Shown here piece after piece: positions 1-6,877 of a stretch of 43,320 bases of DNA (position 1 is its first letter; every line of letters begins with the position of its first letter). Source of the DNA: a virus; the IMG/VR virus record IMGVR_UViG_3300037467_001254, positions 1 to 43,320 of that record. The stretch is one strand, 5' to 3'. The notes beneath the pieces are model-generated. The model worked only from the letters and a program-made list of their open reading frames with translations, made no database searches and was not told where the DNA came from. The position numbers and the translations under genes were made by a program.

Positions 1-127
1 GGCCTTGCGCTCGACAAGTCGAAGTGGGGCGGCAAGACGCTGGCGCAGGTGATCGCGGGGCAGCCGGAGCTTATTTCCAATGGCGAGCTAACGGCGAACA
101 CAAACGGTTGGACTGCTGTTAACTCCC
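1..127 (+). repeat. Terminal overlap copy 1 (identical to 43194..43320)
   Basis: GGCCTTGCGCTCGACAAGTCGAAGTGG...ACTGCTGTTAACTCCC read at both ends in the same orientation. Confidence 0.95.
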
Positions 128-765
128 CCATAGTGACGACTGGCGTCAATGGTGCCACGATCCAGAATAACGGATCGACTTACGGATTTATGTACCAAGG
201 TATCACTACGGTCGTTGGAAGGCGTTATCAGATTTCGGTGGACATAGATTTCACCGGACCCGGCTTTGCTCGTGTAGATTGGGCGGGGGGTGTTCCTGCG
301 GGAGTAGGCGGTAATCCTATAAACGTGAATGCGGATGGTCACTATTCTGGAGGGTTCACCGCTACTACAACGACGACCTACATTTGCGTAGGTAACCGCA
401 ACGACAACAACGCAGTGAATGCGTTCAAAAACGTCTCTGTCAAGGAAATTCCCGGCAACCACGCCACGCAAGCCACGGTAGCCAAGCGACGTGCATACAA
501 GACGGATGGCACTCTGTCCTGGCTGCTCGATGACGGCTCTGACGATGCGCTGCCCGTCACCTTCCCCAACCTCGGCGCAAATTGCACTGTGGCTTATGCC
601 TCGGCTTCTGGCGTCACCATCCTGACGGGGCAGACGATTTCCGGCGCGTACAACCTGCCGGTGACGGGCGGCAATCTCTACGGATGCGTCATCATCGACC
701 GCGCCCTGACGCCCACCGAAACGCAGAAACTTACCGCTTATCTCAAGAAGAAGGCAGGGCTATGA
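1..765 (+). CDS. Tail fibre-like protein, C-terminal part of junction-spanning gene (N-terminal part at 43017..43320)
   Basis: Frame 1 is open from base 1 and continues in frame from the ATG at 43017 once the overlap is collapsed. Gly/Thr/Asn-rich sequence. Last gene of the fibre cluster. Stop TGA at 763..765. Confidence 0.75.
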   Translation, partial: GLALDKSKWGGKTLAQVIAGQPELISNGELTANTNGWTAVNSPIVTTGVNGATIQNNGSTYGFMYQGITTVVGRRYQISVDIDFTGPGFARVDWAGGVPAGVGGNPINVNADGHYSGGFTATTTTTYICVGNRNDNNAVNAFKNVSVKEIPGNHATQATVAKRRAYKTDGTLSWLLDDGSDDALPVTFPNLGANCTVAYASASGVTILTGQTISGAYNLPVTGGNLYGCVIIDRALTPTETQKLTAYLKKKAGL

Positions 766-1151
766 GCGACTGGTCCCTCTCCATCGTCATGATCATCCCC
801 GCCGATCTACGAGACACAGCCAATCGCTTGGCCTGTGCCCTCGATTATGACGTGCTGCCGGGCGATACCTTCTCCGTGCCGCTGTCTGCGACCGGGACCA
901 CACCTGCCACGCATTACGGCTGCCGTTCCGCTGCCAAGCAGGAGTTTGTCGACATGCTCGCGGCAGCGGGCCAAGGCGTGCTCCCTGACGTGCCATGGGC
1001 CGATTATGGCCTGACCGTCGATGACATACCACCGATCCTCGCCTCGCTCGTTGCCGATACCCGGCTGGCCGATCAGGTCGATGGCCATTTCGAGGCGGTG
1101 CTTGCTGCAAACGGGCTGGTGCGCGTGATGGACGACGCCCCGGCCGCATAG
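762..1151 (+). CDS. Hypothetical protein (129 aa)
   Basis: ATG 762 overlaps the upstream stop (ATGA coupling). No recognisable domain. Confidence 0.65.
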   Translation: MSDWSLSIVMIIPADLRDTANRLACALDYDVLPGDTFSVPLSATGTTPATHYGCRSAAKQEFVDMLAAAGQGVLPDVPWADYGLTVDDIPPILASLVADTRLADQVDGHFEAVLAANGLVRVMDDAPAA

Positions 1152-1189
1152 CCCCACCGCTTAATTAGACAAACACAAGGATCAGAGAC

Positions 1190-1960
1190 ATGGACGTAAC
1201 CGTTCCTGCGGGCGCGGCGATTTTGCTCGACTTCATTTATCGAACAGACGCCGGAGCGCCGCCGCCCAAGTGCTACGAAACCATCTTCGGCAACCGCCAG
1301 AACCGCCTTGCAAGGCCGATCACGAAAATGACGCTGGGCGACCTGATCGACGCGCAAAAGAACTGGTCGAGCAAGGCGTGGGTGAAGGCGAATTGGGGGT
1401 ACGCCACGGCTTCTTCAGCCTCTGGTGCCGCTCAGTTCATGCGCGACACGCTGATAGGGTTGGCGAAGGAATTGAGCCTGTCCGGCAACCAGGTATTCGA
1501 CCCCAACTTGCAGGACCGACTTGCCTATCACCTGCTCAAGCGCCGAGGCTACGAGGATTTCATGGCCGGCAAGATCAGCCGCACCGAGTTCGGCAAGCGG
1601 CTGGCTCAGGAATGGGCGAGTTTTCCGGTTCTGGCATCGACAAAGGGCGCACATAGGCAGGTCCCGCGCGGCTCATCCTACTACATGGGTGACAAGCTCA
1701 ACAAATCGCTGGTCACGCCTGAAAAGGTCGAATCCGTTCTGGATGAAGTGTTGACGCTCCGCCCCCTGTCCACCGGCCCCGTATCCGGCCCGCCACCGCT
1801 CGGAACGCCTATCCCCGGCACAAAGCCCTACGTCGAGCCTATCGCGCCTCCTGTGCCGCCTGTAGCCAAACCAAAGCCGGCGCCGCGCCAGAGGCTGTCC
1901 CTTATTGAAATCATCGTAGCCGCTTTCGCGTGGCTTTTCCCCGGAAGGAAGCAGTCATGA
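1190..1960 (+). CDS. Endolysin, lambda R-like lysozyme/lytic transglycosylase family, with Pro-rich linker and C-terminal hydrophobic helix
   Basis: AAGGA SD. Motifs SSASGAAQFM, FDPNLQDRLAYHLLKRRG and EWASFP resemble lambda R (STGAGRYQLL, FSPKSQDAVALQQIKERG, IWASLP). C-terminus is PPVPPVAKPKPAP followed by LSLIEIIVAAFAWLF. Confidence 0.7.
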   Translation: MDVTVPAGAAILLDFIYRTDAGAPPPKCYETIFGNRQNRLARPITKMTLGDLIDAQKNWSSKAWVKANWGYATASSASGAAQFMRDTLIGLAKELSLSGNQVFDPNLQDRLAYHLLKRRGYEDFMAGKISRTEFGKRLAQEWASFPVLASTKGAHRQVPRGSSYYMGDKLNKSLVTPEKVESVLDEVLTLRPLSTGPVSGPPPLGTPIPGTKPYVEPIAPPVPPVAKPKPAPRQRLSLIEIIVAAFAWLFPGRKQS

Positions 1961-2181
1961 AAATCACCCTATGGCAGCGCATTCGAGCGTGGTTCAAGGA
2001 CAGCGAGACAATCGCATGGGCGCGCATTCAGGCTGCGCTCGGCATCGTCGCCGGGATCGTCACCTATGTGGATCCGTCCGTGTTACAGCCAATCATCCCG
2101 CCTGACTGGTTTCCGGTGCTGCTGGTGATGAATGGCGTGCTGACTGAGTACCTGCGCCGGCGCCGGGAGAGCGGGCTATGA
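1957..2181 (+). CDS. Holin candidate (74 aa, two hydrophobic helices)
   Basis: ATGA overlap with the endolysin stop. GGAAGGAAG SD. Helices AALGIVAGIVTYV and WFPVLLVMNGVL. Basic C-terminus RRRRE. Position in the lysis cassette. Confidence 0.6.
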   Translation: MKITLWQRIRAWFKDSETIAWARIQAALGIVAGIVTYVDPSVLQPIIPPDWFPVLLVMNGVLTEYLRRRRESGL

Positions 2182-2513
2182 GCGCGTTCGCGGTAATCGG
2201 AAGCCGTTCCTTTTCTAATCGCCGACTTATGGATGACACTTTGCGCGAGCGAGCGCCATCAGAAGTCATAAGCGGTGGCGCGCGAGGCGCTGATAGTCTT
2301 GCTGAGGCGTGGGCTCGCAAGAACGATGTGCCGACGCGGATATTCCTTCCGGATCACAAGCAATACCGCCACCCCTACCATCATCGAAACCGACTTATCG
2401 CCGAAGCCTGCGACAAACTCATTGCCTTTTGGGATGGCCGTTCGACGGGGACAAAATACACGATCGATTACGCTCGAAAGATCGGCAAGCCCGTAGAAAT
2501 CGTGAGGTACTGA
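2178..2513 (+). CDS. DUF2493 / SLOG-superfamily protein (111 aa)
   Basis: ATGA overlap with the holin stop. Pattern GSRSF...ISGGARGADSLAEAWA...HRNRLI...FWDGRSTGTKYTIDYARKIGKPV is typical of DUF2493. Confidence 0.7.
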   Translation: MSAFAVIGSRSFSNRRLMDDTLRERAPSEVISGGARGADSLAEAWARKNDVPTRIFLPDHKQYRHPYHHRNRLIAEACDKLIAFWDGRSTGTKYTIDYARKIGKPVEIVRY

Positions 2514-2753
2514 ATGACCGCGCTCCTTACCATGCTGGCGGCAAAGGCAACGCCATACATCATCGGGGCAGGGGCGGTCGTCGTCATCTTCCTCACTGCC
2601 CTCGGCAAGGCCTTCAAGGCCGGGAAAGCCGCTCAGAAGGCCAAGGAGGCCGAAGCCCGTGCCAATGAAATCGATCGCATCAAGCGCGCTGCTGGCGCTA
2701 CTCCTGTCGGGATGCAGCACGACCAGAACAACCGCGACAACCGGCCAGCCTGA
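2514..2753 (+). CDS. i-spanin candidate (79 aa)
   Basis: N-terminal TM helix YIIGAGAVVVIFLTALG followed by a charged helical segment. The o-spanin start lies inside it in the +1 frame. Confidence 0.55.
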   Translation: MTALLTMLAAKATPYIIGAGAVVVIFLTALGKAFKAGKAAQKAKEAEARANEIDRIKRAAGATPVGMQHDQNNRDNRPA

Positions 2754-2862
2754 CGTGTGTCTGGTGTGGAAGCCGATCACCTATTCGGCGTCCCAAGACT
2801 CGGCACAGACGGTTTCGGAAGTGCGGCAGGCGAACGCCAGCCGTGCGGCATACTGCAAGTAG
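2659..2862 (+). CDS. o-spanin candidate, outer-membrane lipoprotein (67 aa)
   Basis: Signal peptide with lipobox LLSGC. The gene starts inside 2514..2753 and extends past it (overlapped spanin architecture). Small Cys-containing mature part. Confidence 0.65.
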   Translation: MPMKSIASSALLALLLSGCSTTRTTATTGQPDVCLVWKPITYSASQDSAQTVSEVRQANASRAAYCK

Positions 2863-2886
2863 CATCCAGAAAGGGCGGCAGGGGAC

Positions 2887-3261
2887 ATGCGCGAGGATAA
2901 TCAGATGGCCGCACCGGCTTGGAAGTGGGAATGGAACCTCAACACCCTAGTCGTCTTGATAGGCTTTGCGAGCGGCTTCGTGGCGTGGGGCTACACGCTG
3001 GCCGACATCAAGGCGGGGCGAACCACAAACCAGGAGAATATCGCCGTCCTCACCACGCGCGTTGCCGCGAATGAAACAACACTTCGCCGGATCGACAACC
3101 ACGAACTGCGCATCACGAACATGGAAAAGGCGGCAACAGACGCCGCTGACACGATGAAATCGCTCGACAAGACGCTGAATGACTTGGCGTCGGATATGCG
3201 GGTGACGAAGGAAATCTTGCAGCGCATCGAGGCGGCTCAGAAGGTGAGATTTCAGCCATGA
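2887..3261 (+). CDS. Membrane-anchored coiled-coil protein, function unknown
   Basis: 124 aa. One TM helix LNTLVVLIGFASGFVAWGY, then a heptad-rich helical region. Alternative start at 2905. Confidence 0.6.
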   Translation: MREDNQMAAPAWKWEWNLNTLVVLIGFASGFVAWGYTLADIKAGRTTNQENIAVLTTRVAANETTLRRIDNHELRITNMEKAATDAADTMKSLDKTLNDLASDMRVTKEILQRIEAAQKVRFQP

Positions 3262-3536
3262 GGCGGCCCCAAATCCCTGTCGATCCTTTCGACGGCCTCG
3301 AACCAAGCATCCTCGGCCATACGCGCCGCCGTGTTCTTGTCGGGCGCTGATCCCGTGGCAGTCATGCCTCGGTTTCGGTAAAAGCCGTTGGCCGTCCAGA
3401 ACCAGTGCTCCGGGTTATTCCAGGTCGCGACCACATGGTAGATGCGCGTGGCCAGTTCTCCATCAGGCGTCCTGCCGACGAAATCCGGCCCTTTATCGGG
3501 CCATGTATGAGACCATGTGAGGCGTAGCCGTTTCAT
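3252..3536 (-). CDS. Hypothetical protein (94 aa), last gene of att-proximal moron
   Basis: ATGA-coupled to the upstream 33-aa ORF. Trp-rich. Loosely resembles the 3668..3862 product (W..G.G.T...A...A..W). Confidence 0.6.
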   Translation of the reverse strand: MKRLRLTWSHTWPDKGPDFVGRTPDGELATRIYHVVATWNNPEHWFWTANGFYRNRGMTATGSAPDKNTAARMAEDAWFEAVERIDRDLGPPHG

Positions 3537-3634
3537 CTCAGTATCCGGTGAATGACCTTATTGCCGTCCATATGAGATATGGCTGCCATATAGATCATCG
3601 CCAGCCAGAGGATGAAACGGGCGCGGCGATTCAT
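3533..3634 (-). CDS. Small membrane protein (33 aa), below the ORF-track cutoff
   Basis: Sequence MNRRARFILWLAMIYMAAISHMDGNKVIHRILR. Preceded by the same 21-nt AGGAGA-containing leader as the 3862 gene. Stop overlaps the next ATG (ATGA). Confidence 0.5.
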   Translation of the reverse strand: MNRRARFILWLAMIYMAAISHMDGNKVIHRILR

Positions 3635-3652
3635 GCTCTATCTCCTATAGCG
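3632..3652 (-). repeat. 21-nt direct repeat copy 1 (translation-initiation region CGCTATAGGAGATAGAGCATG on minus strand)
   Basis: Identical to 3860..3880. Includes the SD and the ATG. Confidence 0.9.
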
Positions 3653-3667
3653 CCGGTCATGCGGGCG

Positions 3668-3862
3668 TCAGGGCGTAAGCGCATCCGCCTTTTTCTTTTC
3701 GTAAGCGGCCCAATGCATCGCAGCGTTCAGTAAAGCCTCCTGTGGGGTTTTGCCTATCCCGTGGTGATCGGTGCCACTGGCGGCCCAAATATCCGCTTGC
3801 CATGGCGTTGGGTCTTTGTCACCGCGATTGCGATGAAAGATTCTTACTTCGTTTTCGCCCAT
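3668..3862 (-). CDS. Hypothetical protein (64 aa)
   Basis: AGGAGA SD within the repeated 21-nt leader. No recognised domain. Confidence 0.6.
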   Translation of the reverse strand: MGENEVRIFHRNRGDKDPTPWQADIWAASGTDHHGIGKTPQEALLNAAMHWAAYEKKKADALTP

Positions 3863-3880
3863 GCTCTATCTCCTATAGCG
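3860..3880 (-). repeat. 21-nt direct repeat copy 2
   Basis: Identical to 3632..3652. Confidence 0.9.
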
Positions 3881-3891
3881 GGGAGGAGGGA

Positions 3892-4149
3892 TCACCGCCC
3901 GGTTTTAACCCACCGCCGTACGGTCATCTCGCATCCAGAAGTCAGACATATTCCGTTCGCCATTCCGCGAAAAGTAACACGCTTCCTGCACCCGCAATGG
4001 CACATACGTCTGCACCGGTCACTTTTGTCGATAGGCTCGGCATATCTCACGTGTTCGGACGCCGAAGCGATTTGCCCCCCCCACCCGGAAGTCCCACCGG
4101 TCATCGCAGCGCGTAGAGCCTGCGGCGAAAGACTGCTGAGTTCGACCAT
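3892..4149 (-). CDS. Cys-rich small protein (85 aa), first gene of att-proximal moron
   Basis: GAGAGG about 10 nt upstream of the ATG. C-terminal half contains CRRMCHCGC...C...C. Confidence 0.45.
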   Translation of the reverse strand: MVELSSLSPQALRAAMTGGTSGWGGQIASASEHVRYAEPIDKSDRCRRMCHCGCRKRVTFRGMANGICLTSGCEMTVRRWVKTGR

Positions 4150-4322
4150 CTGCCTTTACCTCTCTGGAACAGGGAGAACGCAGAACAAACGCGGAATGGA
4201 TTCCACGCGTTTTCCACGTTCTTGTACGCCGTGTTCTGCTGTTGTTCGCTTGATAGTGCCGGATCGAAATGCCGAAAATTCCGGCAATTGAGAAAATCAT
4301 CCAACCTTTTCAAGTGGTTGGA

Positions 4323-4370
4323 TGGTGGGCGATGCAGGGATTGAACCTGCGACCCCACCCGTGTGAAGGG
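4323..4370 (-). other. attP core: 3' fragment of tRNA-Val(CAC), not a complete tRNA
   Basis: The reverse complement reads CCCTTCACACGGGTGGGGTCGCAGGTTCAATCCCTGCATCGCCCACCA. This covers the anticodon loop TTCACAC, variable loop GGGTC, T arm GCAGG/TTCAATC/CCTGC, acceptor 3' strand and CCA. The D arm and 5' acceptor strand are absent. The fragment lies 14 nt from the integrase stop. Confidence 0.75.
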
Positions 4371-4384
4371 AAAGCCGAAGGTAG

Positions 4385-5482
4385 TCATTTCAACACCTTA
4401 TGCGCAGCTTCTTCACCAGTCCACGCATTCTCCACACTTTTTGCCTTTTTCATCTGCCGCAAAGTTGGCAGCAAATCGGCCCGTTTCGATTCTTCCGATG
4501 CGACCACATGCTCGTATCTGGCGGCCGATTTCTGATCCCTCCACCGTCCAGTTCCAACCAGGCCGCGAGTGTCCAGCTTGCCATACCGACGCATCCACGT
4601 TGCCCACGTGTGGCAGTAGATGTGGAAGGTGACGAAATCCACGTCGGGTCCGGCTTTCTTCTTCACCTTTCCCATGAGCGTGTAGAGCCGACCGCACTTT
4701 CTGAACCGGAATACCTTCTGCTTTCCACGGTTCAGCCCGCGCGGATGGTTCGCCAACTCTGCCACCGCGTCAGGCGGCAGGTAGACGCCTCGCGGATCGT
4801 CATTTTTCGTTTTCGGGAAATAGGCGAATGCCTCGTTGATCATCAGCTTGTCGCACGTCAGCGCCAGCGCCTCGTTCAGCCGGCACCCCGTGTAGAGAAG
4901 AAAGGTGAGGAAAATGGCGAATTCCCTGTCAATCTCGCAAGCGGCTTCCCACATTCGGTAAGCTTGTCCTGGCTGCATCCAGTCTACGCGGGATTTCCCA
5001 CGCCATCCCTTCGGCCTCCTGATTTTGAAATCCACGCCAGCGTGCTTAAGGACCGACGATATCGGCGTGTAGACATGACGGTTGCGCGTCATGGGGGACG
5101 CGTTCGGATAAAGCGACACCGCCGTCCTGTCGATTTCCTGCTGGTCGATCTCCGATAACAGCTTGTCTCCCAACAGGGAGATGGGGCCGCCGTTCCATCG
5201 CTTCTTCTCGTCATCCCACGTGCCGAGATACCGGGCGTCACCGCCACTCTCCAGATAAGCGACGGCCGCCTCGACGAAAGTGGGGCCCGCCGGCTTCTCT
5301 GCTGCTACTAGCGCGGCAACGCGACCACGTTCGATATCTCGGCGCTTCGCTGCAAGGATTTGCTTGGCGAGTGCTTCGACAGCAGTTCCCGTGCTCTCGT
5401 CCACGCGGACTCCAAGGTACGTTCCTCGGATCGTCCAGTTGGGCGATTTGCCCTTGCGCGGCGGCTTGAGTTGGATCGACAT
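4385..5482 (-). CDS. int: Tyrosine integrase (365 aa)
   Basis: GGGAGG SD 7 nt upstream. Catalytic positions are R201 (TGCRLNE), H287, W314 and Y323 (ARYEHV) with Cre-like spacing. Cys290 sits where Arg-II is expected. Confidence 0.85.
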   Translation of the reverse strand: MSIQLKPPRKGKSPNWTIRGTYLGVRVDESTGTAVEALAKQILAAKRRDIERGRVAALVAAEKPAGPTFVEAAVAYLESGGDARYLGTWDDEKKRWNGGPISLLGDKLLSEIDQQEIDRTAVSLYPNASPMTRNRHVYTPISSVLKHAGVDFKIRRPKGWRGKSRVDWMQPGQAYRMWEAACEIDREFAIFLTFLLYTGCRLNEALALTCDKLMINEAFAYFPKTKNDDPRGVYLPPDAVAELANHPRGLNRGKQKVFRFRKCGRLYTLMGKVKKKAGPDVDFVTFHIYCHTWATWMRRYGKLDTRGLVGTGRWRDQKSAARYEHVVASEESKRADLLPTLRQMKKAKSVENAWTGEEAAHKVLK

Positions 5483-5673
5483 TCTTCTACCTCCCGTCGA
5501 AGGCTGTCCACGATAGCGAGCAAGTCATCATCGGTGAATAGCTTCCTTCGGCCGTTCGGGATGTAGTGTGGATATCTCTTGACGATCTCCTGGAAGGAGC
5601 GCCGGGAGACGCGAAGCCGCTGCGCAGCCTCGTCCATCGTATAGCACACAAGATTGTTGCTTGCCCTCGTCAT
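5308..5673 (-). CDS. xis: Excisionase-type HTH protein (AlpA/MerR-like Xis) with a long tail overlapping int
   Basis: N-terminal MDEAAQRLRVSRRSFQEIVKRYPHYIPNGRRKLFTDDDLLAIV. ATGA-coupled to the upstream gene. The reading frame stays open 175 nt into int. Confidence 0.65.
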   Translation of the reverse strand: MTRASNNLVCYTMDEAAQRLRVSRRSFQEIVKRYPHYIPNGRRKLFTDDDLLAIVDSLRREVEECRSNSSRRARANRPTGRSEERTLESAWTRARELLSKHSPSKSLQRSAEISNVVALPR

Positions 5674-5876
5674 CCCCGCTTCTCCCGTTCAAGGGCTGCG
5701 CGGCCAAAGAATGGATAGCCATAAACTGTGATTGGGACGGTCGCCGGCTCGACCATGGTCCACTTCCCGCGCTTCGGTGGGTAGAAGAAACGCCTTCTCA
5801 ACCCGGTTTCGTCATTTCGGTAGATGCCGGCTCCATGGCCGATAAACAGGCGCGCCTCTGTCAGCTTACCGGCCAT
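5670..5876 (-). CDS. Hypothetical protein (68 aa from MAGKLTEA; ORF-track start 5882)
   Basis: The start at 5876 overlaps the upstream stop by 1 nt. Confidence 0.55.
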   Translation of the reverse strand: MAGKLTEARLFIGHGAGIYRNDETGLRRRFFYPPKRGKWTMVEPATVPITVYGYPFFGRAALEREKRG

Positions 5877-6190
5877 CACCACAAATCCTCGGAAAAGAGA
5901 GTGTGCGAACCGCCGGTAGCGCCAGGCTCTTGGCCGGCCATATGGGCGATCTGTCGAGCCTGCACGCGGTTGACGAAGCGGCCCTCACTGGTGAGGAAGC
6001 CTTGGCAGGCCGTCGCGAGCTGCTCTGTGGTCAAAACCAAGTCGAGCGAGTGCATGACCTGCGCATGACGCGCCGGCTGCGGCAGGCTGAACGTGACACC
6101 GAAATACTGGATCGCGGCCGCAACGATCCGTTCTTGATCTGTCAGCTTACCGGTCATCTGCGTAATCCCAGCGCTCATGCGTGTCAGCAA
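5876..6190 (-). CDS. Hypothetical protein (probable start 6157, MTGKLTDQ)
   Basis: Open frame in the operon. Three in-frame ATGs (6190, 6178, 6157). Confidence 0.6.
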   Translation of the reverse strand: MLTRMSAGITQMTGKLTDQERIVAAAIQYFGVTFSLPQPARHAQVMHSLDLVLTTEQLATACQGFLTSEGRFVNRVQARQIAHMAGQEPGATGGSHTLFSEDLW

Positions 6191-6341
6191 TAATCCGCGT
6201 CAGATAATCCACATGGTTGCGGAATTTCTGTTGTTCGGATGGCCAAAGGTCGCGTAATTCCAGCTGCCGTTCCCACGGCGAATATGGGAATATGCGAGGG
6301 TGCGTCTCGCGGTAGATGCGCTCGTAGGTGTCAGTTGCCAT
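6147..6341 (-). CDS. Hypothetical protein (64 aa)
   Basis: Operon context with overlapping neighbours. Confidence 0.55.
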   Translation of the reverse strand: MATDTYERIYRETHPRIFPYSPWERQLELRDLWPSEQQKFRNHVDYLTRIIADTHERWDYADDR

Positions 6342-6681
6342 CTTTGGCCTCCTTGGCGCGAAGGAGGGCGATGAGCAGGGCTATGGCCTCGGAGGACCTA
6401 TGGAATGCTATCCCGACTTCTTCGCCGCCCGGTACGCTAAGCCCTGCAAAGGATTCGCCATCCGGGTGGTGCATCATATTTCGATGCAACCCCGGCAGCA
6501 CCCGCTCCACCAGAGCGATAGCGGCGTCTAGGGAGGCGGTGTAGTCAGGAACCTTTTTCCAGCCGGCTGGGCCATCGCGCTCAACATCAGCGTAGTTCAG
6601 AAGCGTTTTGCTTATGAGCGCATCCGCTTCCCGGCTCGGCTGCGTCAGCCCTTCCAGTGTGGCGATGAGGTCAGCGGTCAT
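6331..6681 (-). CDS. Hypothetical protein (116 aa), possibly NinX/DUF2591-like
   Basis: The N-terminal LTQPSREADALISKTLL pattern is a weak resemblance only. Confidence 0.55.
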   Translation of the reverse strand: MTADLIATLEGLTQPSREADALISKTLLNYADVERDGPAGWKKVPDYTASLDAAIALVERVLPGLHRNMMHHPDGESFAGLSVPGGEEVGIAFHRSSEAIALLIALLRAKEAKDGN

Positions 6682-6877
6682 GGCGGGACCTTTCGCTTGC
6701 GGGCAGAAGCATACGACGCAGGGTGTCGAAATTATCCGTCGATCCGATGGCTTCGATGGTGCGGATGATCTGCTTCACGCCTTCGAGGGCTGCAAAGCTG
6801 TTGTTGCTGGGCCAGCCGAGCGCATCTATCGCAATGCGCTTCAATTCGGATGATAGTTCGGCGTCGGTCATCATCAC
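6671..6877 (-). CDS. Hypothetical protein (68 aa)
   Basis: Operon context. Confidence 0.55.
   Translation of the reverse strand: MMMTDAELSSELKRIAIDALGWPSNNSFAALEGVKQIIRTIEAIGSTDNFDTLRRMLLPASERSRHDR

Noticed and set aside
1-127. End repeats as biological direct terminal repeats, att sites or LTRs
   Set aside because: The repeat falls inside a continuous tail-fibre ORF and its 127-nt length equals a common assembler k-mer. The real att element is the tRNA-Val fragment at 4323..4370.
4019-4388. 93-aa and 95-aa minus ORFs and the 88-aa plus ORF around attP
   Set aside because: They run through the tRNA fragment and the non-coding att arm. They have no SD and an implausible composition.
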